Below, one piece after another: positions 8,790-16,578 of a stretch of DNA of 32,370 nucleotides. The position numbers were made by a program, and so were the translations under genes. The notes below the pieces were generated by a model. The model was not told the DNA's origin. It saw nothing but the letters and a program-made list of their open reading frames with translations, and did no database searches. Location of the stretch: NCBI GenBank assembly GCA_001823605.1, contig MHUZ01000012.1, forward strand, positions 1-32,370. Reading direction: 5' to 3'. The DNA is from Candidatus Yonathbacteria bacterium RIFOXYD1_FULL_52_36. GTDB taxonomy: Bacteria; Patescibacteriota; Minisyncoccia; Phycocordibacterales; UBA1539_B. How positions within the stretch are numbered: the first letter of the stretch is position 1; every line of letters starts with the position of its first letter.

Positions 8790-8819
8790 AAAAAAATACC
8801 GAGGGCGACCCGGTATTTT
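8790..8819 (-). terminator. rpsT terminator
   Basis: Minus strand aaaataccg-ggtcgccct-cggtattttttt. Confidence 0.7.
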
Positions 8820-8841
8820 CTAGCGTATATCCAACAGGATC

Positions 8842-9105
8842 TTACGCAGTTTTTTTGATGAGGCGCACAAGACGTGACTTCTTGCGAGCAGCAGCATTCT
8901 TTTTGATAACACCGCGCTTTACGGCCTTATCGAGGGCTTTGTATGCAAGCGGGAGCAATTTTTCCGCTTCGGTTCTTGCTTTCGCGGAAACAGCTTTGCT
9001 TACATCTTTTACCGCTTCCTTCATTACCTTCTTGCGACGGTCGTTAAAGACCTTCTTTCGGGCAGAGGAGCGGAGCGCCTTTTTTGCTGATTTGATGATT
9101 GGCAT
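8842..9105 (-). CDS. rpsT: 30S ribosomal protein S20
   Basis: MPIIKSAKKALR...AYKALDKAVKRGVIKKNAAARKKSRL. Confidence 0.97.
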   Translation of the reverse strand: MPIIKSAKKALRSSARKKVFNDRRKKVMKEAVKDVSKAVSAKARTEAEKLLPLAYKALDKAVKRGVIKKNAAARKKSRLVRLIKKTA

Positions 9106-9169
9106 TGCCGTACTATACGGAATCCCGCCCCAAAATGCAAGAGTGGGGAGAGTGGTGTATGATGGAGCC

Positions 9170-9754
9170 ATGATCGGAAAAATCTCAGGTGCTGTATCGT
9201 TCAAAGGCGACCGTTTTGTCATTATCGACACCGGCGGAGTCGGCTACAAAGTCTTCATTACCTTGGAATGCTTGCGCACCCTCCCCCGCGAGGATGAAGG
9301 GTCGCTATCACTCTGGATACACACCGTCGTCCGCGAGGATGCGCTCGATCTCTACGGATTTGCGAACCGAAGCGAACTTGATCTCTTTGAACGCCTGATC
9401 AGTATCTCGGGCGTCGGCCCGAAGTCAGCACTCTCGATCATTGGCATGGCGCCCGTTGAGACACTTCGTAAGGCGATCGCCTCGGGCGACACCACCTACC
9501 TCACCAAAGTCTCCGGCATCGGAAGAAAAACCGCCGAGAAGATCGTGCTCGAACTCAAAGAGACGCTTGGGTATCGTCCTGGCGCCGAAGGCGACCTGAC
9601 CACCAAGCAAGAGCTCGACGCCATTGAGGCGCTTGAAGCACTGGGGTACTCCGCGCGTGAAGCCCGTGACACGCTCGCACAAGTACACCCCGAGATCAAA
9701 GACACGAACGCGCGACTGAAAGAGGCGCTCAAAATGCTCGGCGGTCGGTCATAA
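9170..9754 (+). CDS. ruvA: Holliday junction DNA-binding subunit RuvA
   Basis: MIGKISG, GGVGYKV, VREDALDLYGF, ISGVGPKSA, SGIGRKTAEKIVLELK, EALEALGY; true start at 9170, not 8741. Confidence 0.96.
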   Translation: MIGKISGAVSFKGDRFVIIDTGGVGYKVFITLECLRTLPREDEGSLSLWIHTVVREDALDLYGFANRSELDLFERLISISGVGPKSALSIIGMAPVETLRKAIASGDTTYLTKVSGIGRKTAEKIVLELKETLGYRPGAEGDLTTKQELDAIEALEALGYSAREARDTLAQVHPEIKDTNARLKEALKMLGGRS

Positions 9755-9767
9755 TCCACCATTCACT

Positions 9768-11039
9768 ATGTCTCTCGAATCAATCCTTCGCATCGGGCGC
9801 CGTATCATTCCTCGCACACTATTCACGGCGGCACAGCCGATCTACCACTACCTGCTCGCGCTCTCTGGAGCACTCGCGTACGGTTTCCCTTCCCGTAAAC
9901 TCTTCGTGGTACTCATAACAGGCACCAAAGGAAAGACCACGACTGCAGAACTCGTGAATGCCGTTCTTGAAGGATCCGGAAAGAAGACCGCCCTTGCGGG
10001 GACACTGCGTTTCAAGATCGGCGAAACATCAAAACCGAATCCCTACAAAATGACCATTCGGGGGCGTTGGTTCCTGCAACGGTTTCTTCGCGATGCGGTC
10101 CGTGCCGGTTGCACCCATGCCGTAATCGAGATGACATCTGAAGGCGCCAAACAGTTCCGCCAAAAATTTCTCTCTGTTGATGCGGTCGTATTTTTAAACA
10201 TCTCCCCCGAGCACATCGAGTCGCATGGTTCATTTGAAAACTACCTTGCCGCAAAACTTGCGATTGCGCGCACGCTTGCGCACTCAAAGAAACCCCATCG
10301 CATCATCGTCGCCAACAGCGATGACGCGCACGCACAGGATTTTTTCACCGTAGCGCGTGCGGAAAAAGTTCCCTTCTCGATCAAGCAAGCCGAGAATCTT
10401 TCTCTCACCGAACGCGGCAGTTCTTTTTCATTCGACAATACACCGATCACCCTTTCGATCCCCGGCGAGTTCAATGTACGCAATGCACTCGCTGCGCTCA
10501 ATCTTGGCAAAACACTCGCGATCCCCGGACCATTGATGGCTGAGTCGCTTGCACGTATCACTCTTGTCCGCGGACGTATGGAGTACGTGGATGCCGGGCA
10601 ACCGTTTTCAGTGATCGTTGATTACGCGCACACAGCCGACTCCCTAGAGAATGCCTACGGAGCACATCGCAATGCACGCAAGATCTGCGTCCTTGGATCA
10701 ACCGGCGGGGGTCGTGATCAATGGAAACGAAAAGAGATGGGGGCGGTTGCCGACAAGCACTGCGCCGAGATCATTCTCACTAACGAAGATCCCTACGACG
10801 AAGACCCTATGCAGATCGTGAATGCTGTAAAGGAAGGTGTCACTACAAAACCGTGCCACATTATCATGGACCGGCGCGAGGCAATTCGTGAAGCACTGAA
10901 GCGTGCACACACAGGAGATGCCGTGTACATCACCGGCAAAGGAACTGACCCGTACATCATGGAAGCAAACGGTGCGCGCACACCATGGGATGACGCAACT
11001 GTGGTGCGTGAAGAGCTCAAGAAACTTTTAGGGCATTAG
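9768..11039 (+). CDS. murE: Mur ligase, MurE-like, lacking the N-terminal Rossmann domain
   Basis: ITGTKGKTT P-loop, EMTSEG, NISPEHIESH, GRME, VDYAHT, GGGRD, GKG; the usual DNPR motif reads EDPY. Confidence 0.85.
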   Translation: MSLESILRIGRRIIPRTLFTAAQPIYHYLLALSGALAYGFPSRKLFVVLITGTKGKTTTAELVNAVLEGSGKKTALAGTLRFKIGETSKPNPYKMTIRGRWFLQRFLRDAVRAGCTHAVIEMTSEGAKQFRQKFLSVDAVVFLNISPEHIESHGSFENYLAAKLAIARTLAHSKKPHRIIVANSDDAHAQDFFTVARAEKVPFSIKQAENLSLTERGSSFSFDNTPITLSIPGEFNVRNALAALNLGKTLAIPGPLMAESLARITLVRGRMEYVDAGQPFSVIVDYAHTADSLENAYGAHRNARKICVLGSTGGGRDQWKRKEMGAVADKHCAEIILTNEDPYDEDPMQIVNAVKEGVTTKPCHIIMDRREAIREALKRAHTGDAVYITGKGTDPYIMEANGARTPWDDATVVREELKKLLGH

Positions 11040-11533
11040 CATCCAAGCATCCGAAAGAGTGCGACGCCAGCAGCGACCGAAACATTGAGTGATTCTTTGC
11101 TCCCTTTCATGGGGATTTCCGCGATACCATCCACGAGCTTGAGTATCGATTTTGATATCCCCCCTGTCTCGTTCCCGAGGACAAACGCAACTTTTTTTGA
11201 AATGGTGACTTTTGTGTAGGGAACCGCTTTCGGATCCTGCTCGATCGCGATCACCTGATACCCATCCTTTTGTAATCGCCTGATGAGCGTGGGGGTATTC
11301 TTTCTTGTTTCCCAGGGAACCGTTTCCTCTGCCCCAAGTGCTGTTTTGCGAATATCGTTCTGAATTTTTCCGAACACATTTTTTGGTGCCGGAGTATATC
11401 CTGCACAAAATATCTTTGCTACTCCTGCGCCATCTGCCGTACGAAATATTGATCCGACATTATAAGCGCTTCTTATGTCGTGAAGGATGAGTACTACTTC
11501 ACGGGTCCTATTCTTTGCGGTATTGGTCGGCAT
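11036..11533 (-). CDS. SpoU/TrmH family RNA methyltransferase
   Basis: IRSAYNVGSIFRTAD, GNETGG, IPMKG..ESLNVSVA. Confidence 0.92.
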   Translation of the reverse strand: MPTNTAKNRTREVVLILHDIRSAYNVGSIFRTADGAGVAKIFCAGYTPAPKNVFGKIQNDIRKTALGAEETVPWETRKNTPTLIRRLQKDGYQVIAIEQDPKAVPYTKVTISKKVAFVLGNETGGISKSILKLVDGIAEIPMKGSKESLNVSVAAGVALFRMLGC

Positions 11534-11580
11534 GTGCGCGCATCATAGCGCAGAAGCGCTATCTTTGGTAGGATGTCTGT

Positions 11581-11958
11581 ATGGATATTGGAATAGTAAG
11601 CATCTTCCCTTCACTCTTCGACTACGAATTCCTCGCGGTCGGCATACTGCGTATTGGACTGGGACTTCTCGTTCTTTCTGTCGGTTCGCGCATGCTCACA
11701 TGGGCAAAAACCCCACAAAGCGACGCGCGTTTACTTGGGGGATCCGCAAGCATCGTCGGACTCGCACTCGCGGTGGGTATCTACACGCAAATCGCTGCGA
11801 TTCTTGCAGGGATCATTTGGGGTATCATTGCATTCCACGCCCCGCGCAAAACAGAGGCGCCCATAAATATTCGGGTGATGTATGCATTCCTCGCGCTTGT
11901 TTCACTTCTTCTTGTATTCTTTGGTCCTGGTGCCTTTGCCATTGACCTGCCGTTTTAA
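11581..11958 (+). CDS. DoxX-like membrane protein
   Basis: ILRIGLG, G..TQIAA, GPGAFAID; four TM helices. Confidence 0.75.
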   Translation: MDIGIVSIFPSLFDYEFLAVGILRIGLGLLVLSVGSRMLTWAKTPQSDARLLGGSASIVGLALAVGIYTQIAAILAGIIWGIIAFHAPRKTEAPINIRVMYAFLALVSLLLVFFGPGAFAIDLPF

Positions 11959-11967
11959 ATCTTTTCA

Positions 11968-12003
11968 AACAAAACCCCGATGTTCTCACCTCGGGGTTTT
12001 GTT
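11968..12003. terminator. Bidirectional terminator (DoxX gene / tRNA-Lys transcript)
   Basis: aacaaaaccccga...tcggggttttgtt. Confidence 0.8.
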
Positions 12004-12009
12004 ATTCAT

Positions 12010-12149
12010 GTCCGCCCGGTAGGACGCTGCGCTATCGAACTCCTGGGAAACCCACGGTTTTCCCAATCCTTCCTCCACGGGAAACTACCGTTTCCCGACC
12101 CCTTCCCGTTCGATTCCTACCGAACGGCTTATTTCGTTTCACTCAATAG
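12010..12149 (-). repeat. tRNA 3'-associated structured element bounded by a direct repeat of the tRNA 3' end
   Basis: 12010-12040 repeats 12149-12170 with a 9-nt insertion; 12108-12122 is the inverted copy; two GGGAAA/TTTCCC hairpins lie between them. Confidence 0.85.
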
Positions 12150-12222
12150 TCCGCCCGGTAGGAATCGAACCTACGACCGTTTGCTTAAAAGGCAACTGCT
12201 CTACCGACTGAGCTACGGGCGG
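12150..12222 (-). tRNA. tRNA-Lys(TTT)
   Basis: Minus strand CCGCCCG-TA-GCTC-AGTCGGTA-GAGC-A-GTTGC-CTTTTAA-GCAAA-CGGTC-GTAGG-TTCGATT-CCTAC-CGGGCGG-A; CCA not encoded. Confidence 0.93.
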
Positions 12223-12318
12223 ATATGCTTTCCATCTTTTTACCACACATTTTTACCACAAAACTGCGTATTTAACAATGGAGCGAGTTGGGCTCTGAAA
12301 GTTATCCACAGGATGGTG

Positions 12319-12346
12319 TTGCGTGCTTTTTAGAGAACGCTATAAT
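12319..12346 (+). promoter_or_regulatory. Sigma70-type promoter with no protein gene downstream
   Basis: TTGCGT-N16-TATAAT; a perfect DnaA-box 9-mer TTATCCACA lies at 12302-12310. Confidence 0.6.
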
Positions 12347-12501
12347 GAACACAGAACGATCGTGATGAAAGTTTTTCTGTCAGGCCTGTCCACCTAGATC
12401 GGACCTACTACTCACAAAAAAACCTTCATTCCACAATTGCTGTTTCATGGGCTTAGTGCCCTCCTCATATAAAAAGACCATCCTCGGGTGGTCTTTTTTT
12501 T
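12347..12501. ncRNA. Candidate small structured RNA (rod-like), class unknown
   Basis: Long imperfect hairpin ~12347-12448 between a promoter and a terminator; no ORF longer than 22 codons seen. Confidence 0.4.
12471..12501. terminator. Bidirectional terminator
   Basis: aaaaagaccatc-ctcg-ggtggtctttttttt. Confidence 0.8.
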
Positions 12502-12506
12502 GCATG

Positions 12507-13229
12507 CTACTTTGCGAGCGCCGTGAGCACTAAACGTTCAAGGTCTGATTCAAGATCAGAGAGACCACGGTGCGCATCGTGATACATCGTCACTAATTGA
12601 TCGAGGATCGCCGAAAGCTCTTCTCCTGAAAACCGTCCGGCAAATCGCGTTGTCTTGGTGAGTACGAACGGCGAAAGCCCCGTATCCCCTGCTCCACCCA
12701 CCTGTTTTACGAGCGCCATATTCTTTACCATCCAAAAGATCGTCCCGTGTACTTCTTCCGCTGAGACGCCCTCCTTAAATGCCTCGGTCAACAGGATCCA
12801 TGCTTTCTTTTTGTCTCGTTCTCCGAACGCATCCGCCAATGCAAAAATGTTAAATCCCGATTGATTGCGCTTCTCAGGGAGGACGATCTCCCAAAACTTC
12901 CCCTCTGCTGTTTTAATGCTCTGCACAACATCTTTGTCTTTGGTAAGCTTTCCCGTTCGAAATACAAAGAGGTGCGGGGATGTGGCGAGCATGCGCGCAG
13001 TTTCAATGAATGCCTCTTTCCCTTCTGTTGACTCGAGTGCCTCTTCGAGCACGAACACGCGCGTGGTCCCAAAGAGTGAGTCTCCTGCCGCAAGATCCTC
13101 ATACTCACCCACTGTCCGCGCACCCTTCACTTCATGGAGATGCGCACCTCCTTCGAGCGCTCGTGTGACGACCGCTCGAGATTCTTGATAGATGCGCGAC
13201 GTATCATCACCGGAGAAAACATATAACAT
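12507..13229 (-). CDS. holA: DNA polymerase III delta subunit-like protein (short form)
   Basis: MLYVFSGDD N-terminus, SLFG, NIFALADAFGERDKKKAW, LSPFV..K, LERLVL; resembles the HolA N-terminus and collar domain. Confidence 0.65.
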   Translation of the reverse strand: MLYVFSGDDTSRIYQESRAVVTRALEGGAHLHEVKGARTVGEYEDLAAGDSLFGTTRVFVLEEALESTEGKEAFIETARMLATSPHLFVFRTGKLTKDKDVVQSIKTAEGKFWEIVLPEKRNQSGFNIFALADAFGERDKKKAWILLTEAFKEGVSAEEVHGTIFWMVKNMALVKQVGGAGDTGLSPFVLTKTTRFAGRFSGEELSAILDQLVTMYHDAHRGLSDLESDLERLVLTALAK

Positions 13230-13320
13230 TCCCGTATTGTACGTGGCGATGGTGTGTTTGACAAAATATGATTTATGTTATACAAATAGTCTGGACCAAC
13301 AGAACAAAAGGAGTAATTCC

Positions 13321-13599
13321 GTGGAAGGTGTATCCCCCAATGCAATCATACATAGTGTGATCATATATGATCCACGTATAAGCAGTGACGAGTTGAGTAG
13401 AGTGGATCAATCACTCGAAAGACTCCAGAAAAAATTCCCCGAGACCATCTTCGAGAACCGCATTGAGCCCGACAATCGTCACAACCCCTACTTCTTCGAT
13501 GCATATCGCGATGGCGCACATATCGTAAGCCGTGGCGGTGATTCACCCGAAGAGGCCGAGTGTCGCATCTCTCGGGCACTCGAACAACACTTCTCATAA
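13321..13599 (+). CDS. Hypothetical protein (~92 aa)
   Basis: GTG start after AAGGAG; TTGACA at 13258; followed by a terminator. Confidence 0.55.
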   Translation: MEGVSPNAIIHSVIIYDPRISSDELSRVDQSLERLQKKFPETIFENRIEPDNRHNPYFFDAYRDGAHIVSRGGDSPEEAECRISRALEQHFS

Positions 13600-13610
13600 T
13601 CCACCTTATG

Positions 13611-13650
13611 AGACCCCCCCGCTCCTCACACGAGCGGGGTTTCTTTTTTT
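13611..13650. terminator. Terminator between convergent genes
   Basis: ccccgctc-ctcacac-gagcggggtttcttttttt. Confidence 0.75.
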
Positions 13651-16034
13651 TACTCGACGCTCTTGAGATCACCCCACGTCGGTCCTGTTGATGCATTCAC
13701 TGAAAGCGGTATCGGAAATTCAACCGCAGACTCCATCGCCTCTTTAATGATCGGCAGTGCGACATGAAGCGTCGCGTCTTCGATCTCATACACAAGTTCG
13801 TCGTGGATCTGAAGGAGGAGGTGTGCACTGCCCAGAAGATCTTTTTTTGCGAGTGCCTCATGCGCCTTCTTCATAGCGATCTTGATGAGGTCTGCGGCAG
13901 TCCCCTGCACCGGAGCATTCATCGCCATGCGTTCTGCGCCGGCGCGGATATACGGAATGTTTGAGCGGATCTGCTCGAATGAGCGCCGACGGCCGAAGTA
14001 TGTCTCCGTGTATCCCTTCTTCTTCGCATCACGGATAACATGCTCAAAGTATTCTGCGATCGCCGGAAACTTTTTAAAATAGGTATCGTAAAACTGCTGC
14101 GCTTCTTCGCGCGTGCCACCGAGGTTCTCGCGGAGCGCATTCACGCCCATGCCGTAGATGATGCCGAAGTTGATGACCTTGGCTTTGCGTCGCATGTCTT
14201 TCGTCACCTCGGACTCCTCAATGCCGAACACGTGCGCAGCGACCGATGCATGCACGTCTTTCCCTTCGTTGAAAATGCGGATGAGCTCCGGGTCCTCCGC
14301 AAGCACTGCGAGCACGCGGATCTCGATCTGTGAGTAGTCGAACGCGGCGAACGTGTGTCCCGCTTCTGCGACAAATGCGCGCCTGATCTCCACTCCCATA
14401 TCGCCTCGTGCGGGGATGTTCTGCAAGTTCGGATTTGTTGATGACATGCGCCCGGTCGTGGTGCCGGTCTGATTGAGCGTCGTGCGCAACCTACCACCCT
14501 CCCCCAGCATGTTCGGGATCGTGTCGATGTACGTCGAGAGCAACTTTTGCAATTCGCGGTAGCTCAAGATCGCTTCAATGATCGGATGCGCGCCTTTAAG
14601 TTTTGCGAGTTCCGACTCGCGTGTTGACCGTGCACCACCGGCAGTCTTTTTGAGCCCCTTCGTAGAGATGTGCATCACATCAAAAAGAATTTCGCCCAGC
14701 TGTTTTGGAGAACTGATATTAAATTCTTGACCGGCAAGTTTCCAGATGGTGCGCTCGATCTCGGTGCGCTCTTGGTGGAGTTTTTTTGAGAGATCGCTTA
14801 ACTGTTGCACGTTAACTTTTATCCCCTGCGTATGTGCAGCAGCGAGGATCGGAATGAGCGGAAGCTCGATCTCTTTATACACGTTAGTGAGCCCCGTGCG
14901 AGTGATCTCTTTTTCCAAGGCCTCGATCGCATCCGGAAGTGTCGTTGTTTTGGTGAACGCGCGAATATCCTCTGCCGATACATTCGTCATGTCAGAGTTG
15001 AGCAACCAGAGTGCGATCTGTGCGCGATGGAGATCTTCCGGAGATACCACTTCTTCTGCCGGGGGCTCGGGCGCATCTTCTGTCGCTTCCGTGTTTGATG
15101 TCGTACTCCCTACCAGTGCGTGTACGCGCGCACGAAGTCCTTTGAACTCGAGCTCTGCAAAGAGTGTTTCGAGGTCCTCGGGGACGAATCGTTTTTGCCA
15201 TGTCCCTTCCGGCATGACGAACTCAATCGGCGCATCGCGGCGGATTGTCGCCAATGTTTTCGAGAAGAGTGCATCCTCTTCGTGGGTACGCAAGATCTCG
15301 ATCACGCGCGGGGTAATGCCCGCGGTTTTGAAACGCTCGTCACTTTTTTTGAGTGCCTGATACATCTTCTCGATCGTGCCAAATTCTTTGATCAGTATGG
15401 TTGCGGTCTTCTCTCCAATACCGGGGACGCCGATAATGTTGTCTGATGGATCACCACGAAGTCCTTTGTAGTCCGGAAGCTTGTCGGGTGAAAATCCAAA
15501 CCGTTCCATGACCGCCTTCTCGTTGTACTGAATGGTGTCATTGAGTCCCTTCTTGAGCGTGTACACAGTGACGCGATCGTCCCAAACGAGCTGGAGCGTA
15601 TCCATGTCGCCCGACGCAATGATGATCCGCACGTCGCGGCGACCTTTCATTTGTTCGACAATGGTCCCTAAAATATCGTCGGCCTCAAATCCGGGACTCT
15701 CGTACGCGGGGATGTGAAACGCCCTGAACAGGTCGCGGCTCCGCTTGATCTGGTGCACAAGAGAATCATCCGCCTTGGCACGGCCTTGTTTATACGCATC
15801 ATATGCCTCGTGCCGAAACGTTGGCCCGGGAAGGTCATAGCACGCGATGATCTGGTCGGGCTTCAATTCTGCAATGATGCGCATGAGCATCGTGGAGATG
15901 CCATAGAGTCCTCCCGTTGGCTCACCCTTGCTCGAAGAGAACTCCGGCAGGGCGTGGTACGCGCGATGAATGATCGCGTGTGCGTCGAGGAGCACCAGTG
16001 TTGTTATTTCTTTTTTGTTTTTTGTGGTGGCCAT
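13650..16034 (-). CDS. polA: DNA polymerase I (5'-3' exonuclease plus polymerase; 3'-5' exonuclease domain largely missing)
   Basis: LLDAH..IHRAYHA, EADD, GDPSDNIIGVPGIGEKTA, TGRMSSTNPNLQNIP, DYSQIEIR, RRKAKVINFGIIYG, QIHDELV. Confidence 0.97.
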   Translation of the reverse strand: MATTKNKKEITTLVLLDAHAIIHRAYHALPEFSSSKGEPTGGLYGISTMLMRIIAELKPDQIIACYDLPGPTFRHEAYDAYKQGRAKADDSLVHQIKRSRDLFRAFHIPAYESPGFEADDILGTIVEQMKGRRDVRIIIASGDMDTLQLVWDDRVTVYTLKKGLNDTIQYNEKAVMERFGFSPDKLPDYKGLRGDPSDNIIGVPGIGEKTATILIKEFGTIEKMYQALKKSDERFKTAGITPRVIEILRTHEEDALFSKTLATIRRDAPIEFVMPEGTWQKRFVPEDLETLFAELEFKGLRARVHALVGSTTSNTEATEDAPEPPAEEVVSPEDLHRAQIALWLLNSDMTNVSAEDIRAFTKTTTLPDAIEALEKEITRTGLTNVYKEIELPLIPILAAAHTQGIKVNVQQLSDLSKKLHQERTEIERTIWKLAGQEFNISSPKQLGEILFDVMHISTKGLKKTAGGARSTRESELAKLKGAHPIIEAILSYRELQKLLSTYIDTIPNMLGEGGRLRTTLNQTGTTTGRMSSTNPNLQNIPARGDMGVEIRRAFVAEAGHTFAAFDYSQIEIRVLAVLAEDPELIRIFNEGKDVHASVAAHVFGIEESEVTKDMRRKAKVINFGIIYGMGVNALRENLGGTREEAQQFYDTYFKKFPAIAEYFEHVIRDAKKKGYTETYFGRRRSFEQIRSNIPYIRAGAERMAMNAPVQGTAADLIKIAMKKAHEALAKKDLLGSAHLLLQIHDELVYEIEDATLHVALPIIKEAMESAVEFPIPLSVNASTGPTWGDLKSVE

Positions 16035-16492
16035 AGGCGTGATAATTTTGCGGGAATGGTGATCGTACGAGTGGTGTCATTAACGAACGCAAGGTCCACG
16101 GTGAACGCATGGCGCGGGAGACTTCCCGGCACCTGCTCAGGCCACTCGATCACGATGAGATTGTTGTGGTGTGCAAGCGCCTCGTCCCAGCCGATCGCTT
16201 CGAGCTCACGCTTCCCCTCGAGACGATACGCGTCGATGTGAATCAAATGTTCGAACGGGCTTCCCTTCGGCAGTTTGTAGATCTTCTCGATCACAAAGGT
16301 TGGGCTCGTGATCGCACGTTTCACGCCGAGCTGTTTACCGAGTGCTTTCGTGAGTGCAGTCTTCCCCGCACCCAAGTTGCCCCGAAGGGCGAGCACCGTG
16401 GCACGACCCGAGATGCCCGCGTGCCCGAGCGCAAAGAGAAGATCGCGAGCGACCGCTTCAGTCTCTTGAATACTTTTGGAGATGAGTTTCAT
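16004..16492 (-). CDS. tsaE: tRNA threonylcarbamoyladenosine biosynthesis ATPase
   Basis: GNLGAGKT, ITSPTF, HIDAYRL, VIEWPE; overlaps the polA start by 31 nt. Confidence 0.95.
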   Translation of the reverse strand: MKLISKSIQETEAVARDLLFALGHAGISGRATVLALRGNLGAGKTALTKALGKQLGVKRAITSPTFVIEKIYKLPKGSPFEHLIHIDAYRLEGKRELEAIGWDEALAHHNNLIVIEWPEQVPGSLPRHAFTVDLAFVNDTTRTITIPAKLSRLWPPQKTKKK

Positions 16493-16517
16493 ACGATCGG
16501 CTTACCCTGCATTTTAC

Positions 16518-16555
16518 CACGAAAAACCCCCGCAATTATGCGGGGGTTTTTCGTG
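16518..16555 (-). terminator. Terminator of the large Fn3 gene
   Basis: cacgaaaaacccccgca-atta-tgcgggggtttttcgtg. Confidence 0.8.
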
Positions 16556-16578
16556 TTCAATCTATGAACAATTTTGAG

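Noticed and set aside
8741..9169. N-terminal extension of RuvA in the 337-aa ORF
   Set aside because: It is antisense to rpsT; homology and a -10 box place the start at 9170.
12302..12310. Replication origin suggested by a perfect DnaA box (and near matches at ~27532-27551)
   Set aside because: Boxes are isolated, with no cluster, no clear unwinding element and no dnaA/dnaN in the window.
12385..12450. IS200 transposase remnant (minus-strand peptide LWNEGFFVSS resembles the TnpA LWxxGYFVxT motif)
   Set aside because: Only ~10 residues match, with no HUH motif or further homology; likely chance.
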